DNA of 33,804 nt from sequence record SRR2962707_2058; one strand, written 5' to 3'. Below, piece after piece: positions 9,078 through 18,889 of the stretch. The position numbers and the translations under genes are program-made. Under the pieces are notes generated by a model, which saw only the letters and a list, made by a program, of their open reading frames with translations, was not told the origin of the DNA and ran no database searches. Position 1 is the first letter of the stretch. Each line of letters begins with the position of its first letter.

Positions 9078-10823
9078 ATGACATTCAAACCGGCTCAATG
9101 GCCTAGAAAGCTTCGCTCTCAGGAATGGTATGGTGGCACTTCTCGCGATACGATTTACCATCGCGGCTGGTTGAAAAACCAAGGCTACCCGCATGATCTG
9201 TTTGATGGTCGCCCTGTCATTGGTATCCTAAATACCTGGTCAGAATTGTCGCCATGTAACGGTATCCACATGAAAGAATTGGCCGAAAAGGTCAAAGCTG
9301 GCATCTGGGAAGCTGGCGGATTTCCTGTGGAAGTGCCGGTATTCTCTGCATCTGAAAATACATTCCGCCCGACCGCGATGATGTTCCGCAATCTGGCGGC
9401 TTTGGCTGTGGAAGAAACCATTCGCGGCCAGCCAATGGATGGCTGCGTGCTGATGGTTGGCTGTGATAAAACCACGCCTTCCTTGATGATGGCGGCATCG
9501 TCTGTTGATCTGCCCACAATCGTCGTGACCGGCGGCCCAATGCTCAATGGTTATTACCGCAATGAGCGTGTTGGCTCTGGCACGCATCTGTGGAAATTCT
9601 CTGAAGCTGTCAAAGCCGGCGAGATGTCACAGGACGAGTTTTTGGAAGCCGAGGCTTCCATGTCGCGCTCAACAGGCACTTGTAACACCATGGGCACAGC
9701 ATCGACGATGGCGTCGATGGCCGAAGCGTTGGGCATGGCGCTTTCTGGCAATGCGGCTATTCCAGCCGTTGATAGCCGTCGCCGCGTTATGGCGCAGCTT
9801 TCTGGCCGCCGTATCGTGCAGATGGTCAAAGATGATCTTAAACCATCAGACGTCATGACCAAACAGGCATTTGAAAATGCCATCCGCACCAATGCTGCCA
9901 TTGGCGGATCAACCAACGCTGTCATCCACTTGCTTGCTATGGCGGGCCGTGGCGGTGTCGATTTGACGCTTGAAGACTGGGATCGTTGCGGCCGCGATGT
10001 GCCAACGATTGTGAACTTGATGCCATCAGGCAAATATCTGATGGAAGAGTTCTTTTATGCAGGCGGTCTGCCGGTCGTGCTCAAGCGATTGGGCGAGGGC
10101 GGATTGCTTCACAAGGACGCGATCACCGTATCCGGCGAAAGCATCTGGGACGAAGTCAAAGATGTGATGAACCACAATGAAGATGTAATTTTGCCGACAG
10201 ACAAAGCGCTGACCCAGTCAGGCGGTATTGTTGTGGTCAAAGGCAATCTTGCGCCTAAAGGTGCTGTTCTTAAACCATCTGCTGCGACACCAGCGCTGCT
10301 TCAGCATAAAGGCCGCGCCGTCGTTTTTGAAGATATTGATGACTATAAAGCCAAGATCGAAGATCCCGATCTTGATATTGATGAGACTTGCATCATGGTC
10401 ATGAAAAACTGTGGCCCGAAGGGTTATCCGGGCATGGCTGAGGTCGGCAATATGGGTCTGCCGCCTAAAATCTTGAAAAAAGGTATTACGGACATGGTGC
10501 GTATCTCCGATGCGCGTATGTCTGGCACAGCCTACGGTACTGTTGTGCTGCATACATCGCCTGAGGCTGCTGCTGGTGGTCCACTGGCTGTCGTTCAAAA
10601 TGGCGACATGATTGAGCTTGATGTTGCCAACCGCCGCCTACACCTCGATATTTCGGATGCTGAATTGGCTGAACGCCTTAGCGCTTGGGCGCCGCAGCAC
10701 GAGCGCGCCGTTAGTGGCTATACATGGTTGCATCAGCAGCATGTCGAAGGTGCCGATACCGGCGCCGATCTTGACTTCCTTAAAGGATGTCGCGGATCAG
10801 CAGTTGGGAAGGATTCACACTAA
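9078..10823 (+). CDS. araD: L-arabinonate dehydratase (IlvD/Edd family, Fe-S)
   Basis: LRSQEWYGG..IYHRGW, SPCN, GCDKTTP, GTCNTMGTASTM, SDARMSGT, C-terminal GKDSH typical of sugar-acid IlvD/Edd enzymes. ATG at 9078 follows GGGAGAG. Confidence 0.88.
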   Translation: MTFKPAQWPRKLRSQEWYGGTSRDTIYHRGWLKNQGYPHDLFDGRPVIGILNTWSELSPCNGIHMKELAEKVKAGIWEAGGFPVEVPVFSASENTFRPTAMMFRNLAALAVEETIRGQPMDGCVLMVGCDKTTPSLMMAASSVDLPTIVVTGGPMLNGYYRNERVGSGTHLWKFSEAVKAGEMSQDEFLEAEASMSRSTGTCNTMGTASTMASMAEALGMALSGNAAIPAVDSRRRVMAQLSGRRIVQMVKDDLKPSDVMTKQAFENAIRTNAAIGGSTNAVIHLLAMAGRGGVDLTLEDWDRCGRDVPTIVNLMPSGKYLMEEFFYAGGLPVVLKRLGEGGLLHKDAITVSGESIWDEVKDVMNHNEDVILPTDKALTQSGGIVVVKGNLAPKGAVLKPSAATPALLQHKGRAVVFEDIDDYKAKIEDPDLDIDETCIMVMKNCGPKGYPGMAEVGNMGLPPKILKKGITDMVRISDARMSGTAYGTVVLHTSPEAAAGGPLAVVQNGDMIELDVANRRLHLDISDAELAERLSAWAPQHERAVSGYTWLHQQHVEGADTGADLDFLKGCRGSAVGKDSH

Positions 10824-11749
10824 TGGATATCGCACTCGTCGGCATCGGTAAGATCGCAATCGATCAACACGTGCCCGCTCTTGCAGCGTCAAAAGATTGG
10901 AACCTTGCTGCGACTGTGTCGCGGTCAGGCTCTGTGGATGGCGTTGATTCATACACGGATATCGCCACTATGCTCGCGGAACGGCCAGAAATTGGCGTGG
11001 TGTCATTATGTGTGCCGCCGGTTCCTCGTTTTGATATTGCTGCTGCTGCGCTCAAAGCAGGCCGCCATGTGATGTTGGAAAAACCGCCGGGCGCGACACT
11101 TTCTGAGTGTCATGCGCTGATTGATCTGGCGAAACAAAACAATGTTTCGCTTTATGCTTCTTGGCATTCGCGCGAAGCGGCGATGGTTGCCCCTGCCAAA
11201 GCGTGGCTCGCGGACAAAACACTGCGCCGCCTAGCGGTTAAGTGGAAAGAAGATGTGCGTCATTGGCATCCAGGCCAAGATTGGATTTTCGAGCCAGGTG
11301 GCCTTGGTGTTTTTGATCCGGGTATCAATGCGTTGTCGATTGTGACGGCTATTCTGCCCGATCCAATTCATGTGACATCAGCAACTTTGCACATTCCATC
11401 AAACCGCCAAGCTCCGATTGCCGCAGACCTTTCTTTTTATCATCCAAAGGGCGCTGTGGTGACTGCTGAACTGGATTCGCTTCACGAAGGCGTTCAGTCT
11501 TGGGTCATCGAGATCGAAACCGATCAAGGTGAACTGGTGCTCACCGAAGGCGGCGGCAAAATGTTCATCGATGGCGCTGAACAAGGAAGCGCTGCCAACA
11601 CGTTGCTTGGTGAATATCCGCGCCTCTATGCCAATTGGGCAAAAATAGTCGCAGATAATGCCATCGACATGGATATCTCACCGATGCGCCATGTCGCCGA
11701 CGCATTCACATTAGGTCGCCGCGAAACCGCAGCCGCTTTTGATTTCTGA
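10823..11749 (+). CDS. Gfo/Idh/MocA oxidoreductase, L-arabinose/D-galactose 1-dehydrogenase type
   Basis: GIGKIAIDQHVP, LEKPPGAT, WKEDVRHWHPGQDWI, GVFDPGINALSI, EYPRLY. TAATG overlap with the araD stop. Confidence 0.85.
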   Translation: MDIALVGIGKIAIDQHVPALAASKDWNLAATVSRSGSVDGVDSYTDIATMLAERPEIGVVSLCVPPVPRFDIAAAALKAGRHVMLEKPPGATLSECHALIDLAKQNNVSLYASWHSREAAMVAPAKAWLADKTLRRLAVKWKEDVRHWHPGQDWIFEPGGLGVFDPGINALSIVTAILPDPIHVTSATLHIPSNRQAPIAADLSFYHPKGAVVTAELDSLHEGVQSWVIEIETDQGELVLTEGGGKMFIDGAEQGSAANTLLGEYPRLYANWAKIVADNAIDMDISPMRHVADAFTLGRRETAAAFDF

Positions 11750-11771
11750 TTTTCTTTAAAGGGACATTACA

Positions 11772-12689
11772 ATGATCCAACCTCTAACAGGTATACTTCC
11801 CGTTGCTCCAACACCATTCCATGAAGATGGACGCATTGATGAAGATGGCATGCGCCGTGTTTTGGATTGCTTGATTGACCAAGGTGTCGACGCAATCTGT
11901 ATTCTGGCCAACTATTCAGAGCAATTTGTTTTGTCTGATGAAGAGCGTGGTTTGTTGATGCGCTTAAGCCTTGAACATGTTGCAGGCCGCGTGCCGGTGA
12001 TTGTGACGATCAGCCATTTTTACACGCAAATCGTGGTTGAGCGCGCGAAGGCAGCTGAGGCACTTGGCGCTGACATGGTTATGATGATGCCGCCTTATCA
12101 TGGCGCTGGTCTCGTTGCCACCGATCAAGGCGTTTATGAGCATTTCCAAGCCGTAAGCGATGCCATTTCTATTCCAATCATGGTACAGGATGCGCCACTT
12201 TCCGGCGTGAAATTGTCCGTTGAATTACTTGTTCGCATGGCAAAAGAAATTGCCAATGTTAGCTACTTTAAAATTGAAACACCTTTTGCCGCAGACAAAT
12301 TAGCAGACTTGATCGCCCAAGGCGGCGAGCACATTGTCGGCCCTTGTGATGGCGAAGAAGCCGTTACCCTATTGGCTGACTTGGATGCAGGCGCAACGGG
12401 TGCAATGACATCGGGACTTTTCCCAGAACACATTCGCCCAATCGTGACGTCTTATCTTGCAGGAGATATCGATGCCGCTGTCCTACAATGGCAAAAATGT
12501 ATTCCGCTGATCAACCACGAGAACCGCCAATGTGGCTTGCGTGCCTGTAAGACTGTTTATAAGGCGGGAGGCGTTATTAAGAGTGATTATGTGCGCCACC
12601 CATTGAAACCGATGTCTGAACGCACGACATCACGCTTGTTACAATTGGCTAGTACAATGGACCTCATAGCACTTAATTGGGGCAAATAA
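11772..12689 (+). CDS. L-2-keto-3-deoxyarabinonate dehydratase (DHDPS/NAL family)
   Basis: CILANYSEQF, PIMVQDAP, YFKIET (Schiff-base Lys), DGEEAVTL, HENRQCG resemble the Azospirillum L-KDA dehydratase rather than true DapA (no GTTGE motif). Confidence 0.82.
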   Translation: MIQPLTGILPVAPTPFHEDGRIDEDGMRRVLDCLIDQGVDAICILANYSEQFVLSDEERGLLMRLSLEHVAGRVPVIVTISHFYTQIVVERAKAAEALGADMVMMMPPYHGAGLVATDQGVYEHFQAVSDAISIPIMVQDAPLSGVKLSVELLVRMAKEIANVSYFKIETPFAADKLADLIAQGGEHIVGPCDGEEAVTLLADLDAGATGAMTSGLFPEHIRPIVTSYLAGDIDAAVLQWQKCIPLINHENRQCGLRACKTVYKAGGVIKSDYVRHPLKPMSERTTSRLLQLASTMDLIALNWGK

Positions 12690-12698
12690 GGATATATC

Positions 12699-14222
12699 AT
12701 GACTTTTACACCGCACGGCAAACATCTAATCGCAGGCGAATGGGTGTCCGCTGAACAGACATTTATGTCTTCACCGGTAGACGGCGAGGGTTACGCATTT
12801 TCCGCTGGTTCAGCTGCAATTGTAGATGCAGCTTGCGCAGCCGCTGAAGAAGCATTTTGGCAATATGGTTATTTAAGCCGCGAAGATCGCGCTGCGTTTC
12901 TAAACGCAATTGCTGATGAGATTGAAGCACGTGGCCCGCAGATCACGGAAATTGGTACAAGCGAAACAGGCTTGCCAGCAGGCCGTCTTGAAGGCGAACG
13001 CGGTCGTACAACAGGCCAACTACGCCTGTTTGCTTCACACATTTTGAAAGGCGATTATCTTGATCGCCGTCATGATGAAGCTTTGCCAGATCGTCAGCCA
13101 TTGCCGCGTCCAGACATTAAACTCGTTCAGCGCCCAATTGGCCCAGTTGGCGTATTTGGCGCATCAAACTTCCCATTGGCCTTTTCAACAGCTGGCGGCG
13201 ATACGGCCTCAGCGCTTGCTGCGGGCTGTCCTGTGGTTGTTAAAGGCCATGAAGCGCATCCTGGCACAGCTGAAATCGTTGCTGAAGCAATTCATGCTGC
13301 AATCAAAAAACGCGGCATTCACCCGGGTGTATTCTCGCTTGTTCACGGCGGCAGCATTGAAGTTGGTGGCGCACTTGCCAAAAACCCATTGATCAAAGCC
13401 ATTGGCTTCACCGGCAGCTTGCACGCTGGCCGTGCGCTTTATGATATTTGTGCCGCACGCCCTGAGCCAATTCCATTCTTCGGCGAATTGGGTTCTGTGA
13501 ACCCAATGTTCCTATTGCCAGAAGCGATGAAAGCACGCGGCGCAGACCTTGCAAAAGGTTGGGCTGGATCATTGACAATGGGCGCAGGTCAGTTCTGCAC
13601 CAACCCTGGTATTTCAGTGGTCATCGAAGGCGCAGAAGCAGACGGCTTTATCGAAGCGGCAAAAACAGCACTTGAAGCTGTAGGTCCACAAACAATGCTA
13701 ACCAAAGGCATTGCCGAGGCTTATCAAAAAGGCCGCGAGCGCGTTTCAGCAACCACCAATGTTCAAGAAGTGCTCACATCTATGTGTGATGTGCGTCAAG
13801 CTTCGCCGTATCTCTATGCGGTAAGCGGCGACGACTGGCTTGCAAATGAAGCACTTGGCGAAGAAGTATTCGGACCACTTGGCATCGTCATTAAGGTCAA
13901 AGACGAAGCACAAATGCGCGAGATTGCCAAAGCACTGCACGGTCAGTTGACCTGCACATTGCATATGGACGCTGGCGACACTGCGCTTGGACAAAGCCTG
14001 ATGCCAATTCTTGAGCGTAAAGCCGGTCGTATCTTGGCAAATGGCTTCCCAACGGGTGTTGAGGTATCTGAAGCGATGGTTCATGGCGGCCCATACCCAG
14101 CCTCAACCAACTTTGGTGCAACGTCTGTTGGCACAATGGCGATCCGCCGCTTCTTGCGTCCGGTGAGCTTCCAAAACATTCCAGACGCTCTGCTTCCAAA
14201 AGATTTGTCTGAGTCTGTCTAA
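12699..14222 (+). CDS. Aldehyde dehydrogenase (NADP+), alpha-ketoglutaric semialdehyde dehydrogenase type
   Basis: FGASNFPLAFSTAGGDTASALAAGCP, GELGSVNP, GQFCTNPG, HGGPYPAST; pathway context. Confidence 0.85.
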   Translation: MTFTPHGKHLIAGEWVSAEQTFMSSPVDGEGYAFSAGSAAIVDAACAAAEEAFWQYGYLSREDRAAFLNAIADEIEARGPQITEIGTSETGLPAGRLEGERGRTTGQLRLFASHILKGDYLDRRHDEALPDRQPLPRPDIKLVQRPIGPVGVFGASNFPLAFSTAGGDTASALAAGCPVVVKGHEAHPGTAEIVAEAIHAAIKKRGIHPGVFSLVHGGSIEVGGALAKNPLIKAIGFTGSLHAGRALYDICAARPEPIPFFGELGSVNPMFLLPEAMKARGADLAKGWAGSLTMGAGQFCTNPGISVVIEGAEADGFIEAAKTALEAVGPQTMLTKGIAEAYQKGRERVSATTNVQEVLTSMCDVRQASPYLYAVSGDDWLANEALGEEVFGPLGIVIKVKDEAQMREIAKALHGQLTCTLHMDAGDTALGQSLMPILERKAGRILANGFPTGVEVSEAMVHGGPYPASTNFGATSVGTMAIRRFLRPVSFQNIPDALLPKDLSESV

Positions 14223-15124
14223 TGCAATTGGCCGATTGGATTGCCGTCGATTGGGGGACATCTAATCTGCGCCTCTGGGCGCTTTCGGCCGATGGTAAAA
14301 TAATAAAAACCCATGCCTCCTCGCGGGGCATGGGTTCACTTTCTCCTAATGAGTACGAAGAAGTTCTGATTGAACTGGCCAGCGATGTTCTGGCACCCAA
14401 TAAGCCGACAGATGTTTTAATTTGCGGCATGGCAGGCGCTAAACAAGGTTGGATCGAAACGCCTTATAAGCCAGTGCCCTGTGCGCCAGCTGGCAATGCG
14501 CCGATCAAAGCACCAACGCATGATCCACGCCTCAATGTCCATATTCTGTCTGGTTTATGCCAAATGGATCCACCCAATGTGATGCGCGGCGAAGAAACGC
14601 AGATTGCTGGCTATCTGTCATTTGATCCAGATTTTGAGGGCATGCTTTGCCTGCCCGGCACCCATTCAAAATGGGCGAAGATTGCAGGCGGGAAAGTACA
14701 ATCATTTGATACGATTATGACTGGCGAATTGTTTGCGCTGCTCTCCAAAAACTCAGTTCTGCGCCATTCGGTTCACGATGATTGGGACGACGGTGCCTTT
14801 CTCGCAGGCGTCAAAGAAAGCATCAAAAAACCGGCAAAATGGATTGCGAAACTGTTCACTGTCCGCGCTGCTGATTTGGTTGCAGCGTCAAAGCCATCGG
14901 CCAAAGCTTATTTGTCAGGGCTTTTAATCGGTGCGGAATTAGCAGCGATGCAAGAACATTGGTCTGATCAACCGGTGAAAATTATTGGCGCACCAGCCTT
15001 GGCTGATCTCTATGTTGCAGCGCTTAAAAGTTTTAACTGTGAGGCCTCCCGTGCGGACCAGGATGATTTATCATTGCATGGATTAAAATCTGCCTATTTG
15101 GCATTGAAGGGAACATTTATATGA
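14222..15124 (+). CDS. dgoK: 2-dehydro-3-deoxygalactonokinase
   Basis: DWGTSNLR, GMAGAKQGW, VMRGEETQ, LPGTHSKW, MTGELF, YLSGLLIGAEL. Confidence 0.94.
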   Translation: MQLADWIAVDWGTSNLRLWALSADGKIIKTHASSRGMGSLSPNEYEEVLIELASDVLAPNKPTDVLICGMAGAKQGWIETPYKPVPCAPAGNAPIKAPTHDPRLNVHILSGLCQMDPPNVMRGEETQIAGYLSFDPDFEGMLCLPGTHSKWAKIAGGKVQSFDTIMTGELFALLSKNSVLRHSVHDDWDDGAFLAGVKESIKKPAKWIAKLFTVRAADLVAASKPSAKAYLSGLLIGAELAAMQEHWSDQPVKIIGAPALADLYVAALKSFNCEASRADQDDLSLHGLKSAYLALKGTFI

Positions 15125-15732
15125 GCCGCAAAATAGTCGCGATTCTACGCGGAATTACACCAAGCGAAGCGATCTCAATCGCCAAAGTGTTGATAGACGC
15201 TGGCATCGAAATTATCGAAGTGCCGCTCAATTCGCCAGAGCCGCTAAAATCCATTGAAGCGATGGCCAATGAATTTGGTGACAAAGCGCTCATTGGCGCA
15301 GGCACCGTGCTCAGTGTTGCCGATGTCGAAAATGTGAAAAATGCGGGCGGCAAAATTATTGTCTCGCCGGACATGAACCCTGAGGTGATTAAGGTGACGA
15401 AAGCGGCAGGTCTGCTTTCCTACCCAGGCGTTATGACACCATCAGAATGTTTTGCGGCGCTGCGCGCTGGCGCCGATGCGCTTAAACTATTTCCAGGTTC
15501 ACTCATTGGCCCCGCCGGTCTTAAAGCCATGCGCGCTGTCATACCTGCTGAAATTGATGTGCTGGCCGTTGGCGGCGCAGCACCTGATAATTTTGCGGAC
15601 TGGTTTGCCGCTGGTGCATCAGGCTTTGGCATGGGCACAGCGATTTATCGCCCCGGCGATGCGCCTGAAATTGTAAGCGCCCGCGCCAAGGAAATCGTTG
15701 CCAGCTACGACAAATATGTCGGTCGCAAATAA
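15121..15732 (+). CDS. dgoA: 2-dehydro-3-deoxy-6-phosphogalactonate aldolase
   Basis: AILRGITP, IEVPLNSP, GAGTVL, LKLFP, AVGG; ATGA overlap with dgoK. Confidence 0.93.
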   Translation: MSRKIVAILRGITPSEAISIAKVLIDAGIEIIEVPLNSPEPLKSIEAMANEFGDKALIGAGTVLSVADVENVKNAGGKIIVSPDMNPEVIKVTKAAGLLSYPGVMTPSECFAALRAGADALKLFPGSLIGPAGLKAMRAVIPAEIDVLAVGGAAPDNFADWFAAGASGFGMGTAIYRPGDAPEIVSARAKEIVASYDKYVGRK

Positions 15733-15736
15733 GCAA

Positions 15737-16906
15737 TCAGCTTTTCGGCAGTTCTACCCAAGTGCCAAGCTCGTTGGACTTAACCGCTTGTGCCGTAAAT
15801 TCCATGCCTTTTAACCCGTCGATGACATTGGGATAATTGAGCAAGCCGTCGGGCAATTTTTGGCCATTGCGGCGCGCGTCGATTGCCACGGCAAATTCCA
15901 GATAAAGATTAGCCCACGCATCTGTTAAAGCTTCGGGGTGTCCGCGCGGCATGCGAATAAATGGTTCGGTGTCAGGCAACATGCCTGCGCCATGGCCGCG
16001 TGAAATAATTTGAGCCGGTGCTCTGACAGGACGGTACTGCAAATATTCAGGATCTTCTTGGTTCCATTCGAGCGTCGCTGTAGAACCGCAAACGCGCAGC
16101 CGGAAACCGCAATGACTACCCGCCATCGCTTGGCTGACCATGAGCGTTCCGGGAACATTGCCGCTAAAACGCAAATTCATAAAGGCCGTGTCTTCAAGCG
16201 TCTTTGGTTGGCCGGTGACATGAAATTCAGCGCGCAGCGCCTCTACTTCTAGGCCGCTAACGAACCGCGCCAAATGCTCTGCATGGGTGCCGATGTCTCC
16301 AACGGTGAGCGTTTCTCCGCTTTGTTCCTTATCAAAGCGCCAAGGCCTGTCATCGCCTTCAGCTTTGACATCGATCGCCCATTCCTGAAAATATTCCACA
16401 TGGATTTGCTTGATGTCGCCAATCATTCCTTTAGCGATCATCGCCTTTGCCTGACGCACCATCACATGGCTGGCATAGGCATAGGTAACGCCAAAAACGA
16501 GCCCTGTTTCGCGCTGCCGTTTTACCAGCGCCTGCGCATCCGCGAGCGTTGTCGTTAGCGGTTTGTCCGAGATGATGTCGATGCCAGAGTCCATGAAAGC
16601 CATAGCAGCAGGCGCGTGCAAATGATTTGGCGTGACAATCGCAACGGCATCAATGCCGTCTGGACGTGCAGCTTCCGCCTTCGCCATTTCGCGAAAGTCG
16701 CTATAGGTCCGGTCTTCGGCAAGCATCCAATCGCGGCCAGATTGTTTGGCGCGCTCCGGATTTGAAGACAGTGCACCGGCAACAATTTCCCAGCGGTTGG
16801 ATAAGCGTGCGCCATTGGCATGGATTTGCCCAATAAGCGCGCCTTGGCCGCCGCCGACAAAGCCGAGACGTAATCTGCGTGAGGGGGTAGGGAAGCTTTT
16901 AGCCAC
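15737..16906 (-). CDS. Gfo/Idh/MocA family oxidoreductase (possible inositol-isomer or ketosugar dehydrogenase)
   Basis: GFVGGGQGALIG, VTPNHLH, SDKP, GDIGTHA, PRGHPEA; GTG start after GGAGG; directly downstream of iolB. Confidence 0.85.
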   Translation of the reverse strand: MAKSFPTPSRRLRLGFVGGGQGALIGQIHANGARLSNRWEIVAGALSSNPERAKQSGRDWMLAEDRTYSDFREMAKAEAARPDGIDAVAIVTPNHLHAPAAMAFMDSGIDIISDKPLTTTLADAQALVKRQRETGLVFGVTYAYASHVMVRQAKAMIAKGMIGDIKQIHVEYFQEWAIDVKAEGDDRPWRFDKEQSGETLTVGDIGTHAEHLARFVSGLEVEALRAEFHVTGQPKTLEDTAFMNLRFSGNVPGTLMVSQAMAGSHCGFRLRVCGSTATLEWNQEDPEYLQYRPVRAPAQIISRGHGAGMLPDTEPFIRMPRGHPEALTDAWANLYLEFAVAIDARRNGQKLPDGLLNYPNVIDGLKGMEFTAQAVKSNELGTWVELPKS

Positions 16907-16938
16907 GCGGTGTCCTCCAATTAGGTAAAATTCAGTGC

Positions 16939-17751
16939 TTAGGCTTTTAAATCGCGCTGATAAATCCAGTCATGGTCTGGATCGTTTTTAAAGCGCCATT
17001 TGCGCAAGGGACCAGCCATCACATTGAGATAGTAAAGATCATAGCCGTAGGGTGCGCCCACCGGATGATGACCTTTTGGCACCAGCGTTACATCGCCGTC
17101 TTTGAAGGCAATAGCTTCATCCAGAGAACCGTCCTCGGTATAAATCCGATGGAGGCCAAAACCAGATTTCGGGTTAAGCCGATGATAATAGCTTTCTTCC
17201 AAATAGGTCATGTTCGGATAATCATCTTCATCATGGCGATGGCTTGGATAGGAAGACCAATTACCCTGCGGCGTGAAAACCTCTGTTACCAAAAGACTGT
17301 CGGCGACATCGCGGCCTTCCATCGCAATATTATTGATGTGGCGTGTATTTGCCCCAGTACCACGCGTTGAACTTTCAATGCCGACAGGGCCAAGACGGGC
17401 CGCTTTATAATTGCCTTTGCCAGGCGCTGCACAGACTGCCAGCACACACTTGGTTGTCGCCTTTGCAGACCAGTCAGAACCATTGGGCACATAAACCGCG
17501 TGTGGCGGTGTTCCTTCAAACACATCCATGCGGTCGCCCATCTCGCCGAAGTTCTCGCCGCTGGCTACAATTTCCGCTTTGCCTTCAACAAGAACCAAAA
17601 TGACTTCATTGTCTCCGGTTGCTTCACTTGCACTTTCGCCTGCTGCTAAGTGGTACAGCCCAAATCCAACATATTTCCATCCAGCACTTGCTGGCGTGAC
17701 ATCGTGAACTTTCCCGCTGTTGGCGCGCGGCTTAAGGTGCAATTTGCTCAT
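16939..17751 (-). CDS. iolB: 5-deoxy-glucuronate isomerase
   Basis: TPASAGWKYVGF, EVFTPQGNWSSYPSHRHD, LEESYY, VPKGHHP, YYLNVMAGP. Confidence 0.95.
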   Translation of the reverse strand: MSKLHLKPRANSGKVHDVTPASAGWKYVGFGLYHLAAGESASEATGDNEVILVLVEGKAEIVASGENFGEMGDRMDVFEGTPPHAVYVPNGSDWSAKATTKCVLAVCAAPGKGNYKAARLGPVGIESSTRGTGANTRHINNIAMEGRDVADSLLVTEVFTPQGNWSSYPSHRHDEDDYPNMTYLEESYYHRLNPKSGFGLHRIYTEDGSLDEAIAFKDGDVTLVPKGHHPVGAPYGYDLYYLNVMAGPLRKWRFKNDPDHDWIYQRDLKA

Positions 17752-17822
17752 GGCTATGTATTTTCCTACCCATTATCTTAGTCTTTTTGTTGGTTTAATC
17801 ATTGAGCATGCGTGCATGCTTT

Positions 17823-17836
17823 GCAACATAATTTCC
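17823..17836. promoter_or_regulatory. Candidate IolR operator
   Basis: GCAA-CATAAT-TTCC, one mismatch from the rhizobial IolR motif GGAA-N6-TTCC, in the iolB/iolE divergent spacer. Confidence 0.35.
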
Positions 17837-17965
17837 AACTTTTGCCGCTTCATCAACGCGCTTCTTACTTGTTTGCTGATTGCGATAATGCCATAGAATC
17901 GCGCCAAATGGGATGGTGCCATAAGCCAAACGCGCTATGGCAGAAAAACAAGCGAAAGTCATAAG

Positions 17966-18862
17966 ATGAAAGCAAAATTGGGAATGTCGCCAATCGCATG
18001 GTGGAACGATGATCTGGCCGAACTGAGCGATGATGTTTCGCTGGAGGAATGTTTGCGCCAAACCAGTGTCGCAGGTTTTACCGGCATGGAAACAGGCCGC
18101 CGATTCCCGATGGATATGAACGAGCTTGGACCGATCTTAAATAAATATGGCATATCAGTTTGCGGTGGCTGGTTCTCTGGTCTGTTGCTTGACGGCGATA
18201 TTGAAGTTGAAAAAGACCGCATCGCCGCACAGATGGAATTCTTTAAAGCCGCCAATGCACCTTGCATCGTCTATGGAGAAACGGCGCGCTCAATCCAAGG
18301 TGAAAAGTCAAAACCATTGGCGACGAAGCCAAAGCTTTCTGATGACGAGATGAAAGCCTATGGGCGCAAGATGACTACATTTGCAGAATGGTGCGCTGAT
18401 CAAGGCATGCCGCTTAGCTATCATCACCATATGGCTGCGGCCATTGAAACCGAACAAGAGCTTGATAGCTTCATGGCAAATTCAGGTGAGGCATTGCCGC
18501 TGCTTTATGATGCAGGCCACATGGCGTTTGCCGGCGGCGATGTGTTGCGTGTGCTTGATAATCACCATGCCCGCATTAGTCATGTTCATACTAAAGATGT
18601 GCGAATGAATGTGATCGATGGTCTTGATCGCTCAAAAGAGAGCTTTTTGGATGCGGTCGTCAAAGGTGCATTCACCGTGCCGGGCGATGGTTCGCTCGAT
18701 TTTGAAGCCATCGTTAAACGCCTTGCATCTTATGATTATGAGGGCTGGTTTGTTGTCGAAGCTGAGCAAGATCCGGTCGCGAACCCACCGCTTGAGATGG
18801 CAAAAGTTGGCCATAAGGAATTGCTTCGTGTTATGGCAGCCGCAGGCTACGAAGTTATCTAA
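17966..18862 (+). CDS. iolE: myo-inosose-2 dehydratase
   Basis: PIAWWNDD, YHHHM, DAGH, HVHTKDVR, FTVPGDG, GWFVVEAEQDP. Confidence 0.95.
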   Translation: MKAKLGMSPIAWWNDDLAELSDDVSLEECLRQTSVAGFTGMETGRRFPMDMNELGPILNKYGISVCGGWFSGLLLDGDIEVEKDRIAAQMEFFKAANAPCIVYGETARSIQGEKSKPLATKPKLSDDEMKAYGRKMTTFAEWCADQGMPLSYHHHMAAAIETEQELDSFMANSGEALPLLYDAGHMAFAGGDVLRVLDNHHARISHVHTKDVRMNVIDGLDRSKESFLDAVVKGAFTVPGDGSLDFEAIVKRLASYDYEGWFVVEAEQDPVANPPLEMAKVGHKELLRVMAAAGYEVI

Positions 18863-18889
18863 ACCGACAGACACATTTAAGGACGCGCT

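Noticed and set aside
11772-12689. Calling this gene dapA (lysine biosynthesis)
   Set aside because: It lacks the GTTGE motif; its motifs and context fit L-KDA dehydratase.
17795-18061. 88-aa minus-strand ORF crossing the iolB/iolE spacer
   Set aside because: It overlaps iolE antisense, has no recognisable motif, and runs through probable promoter DNA.
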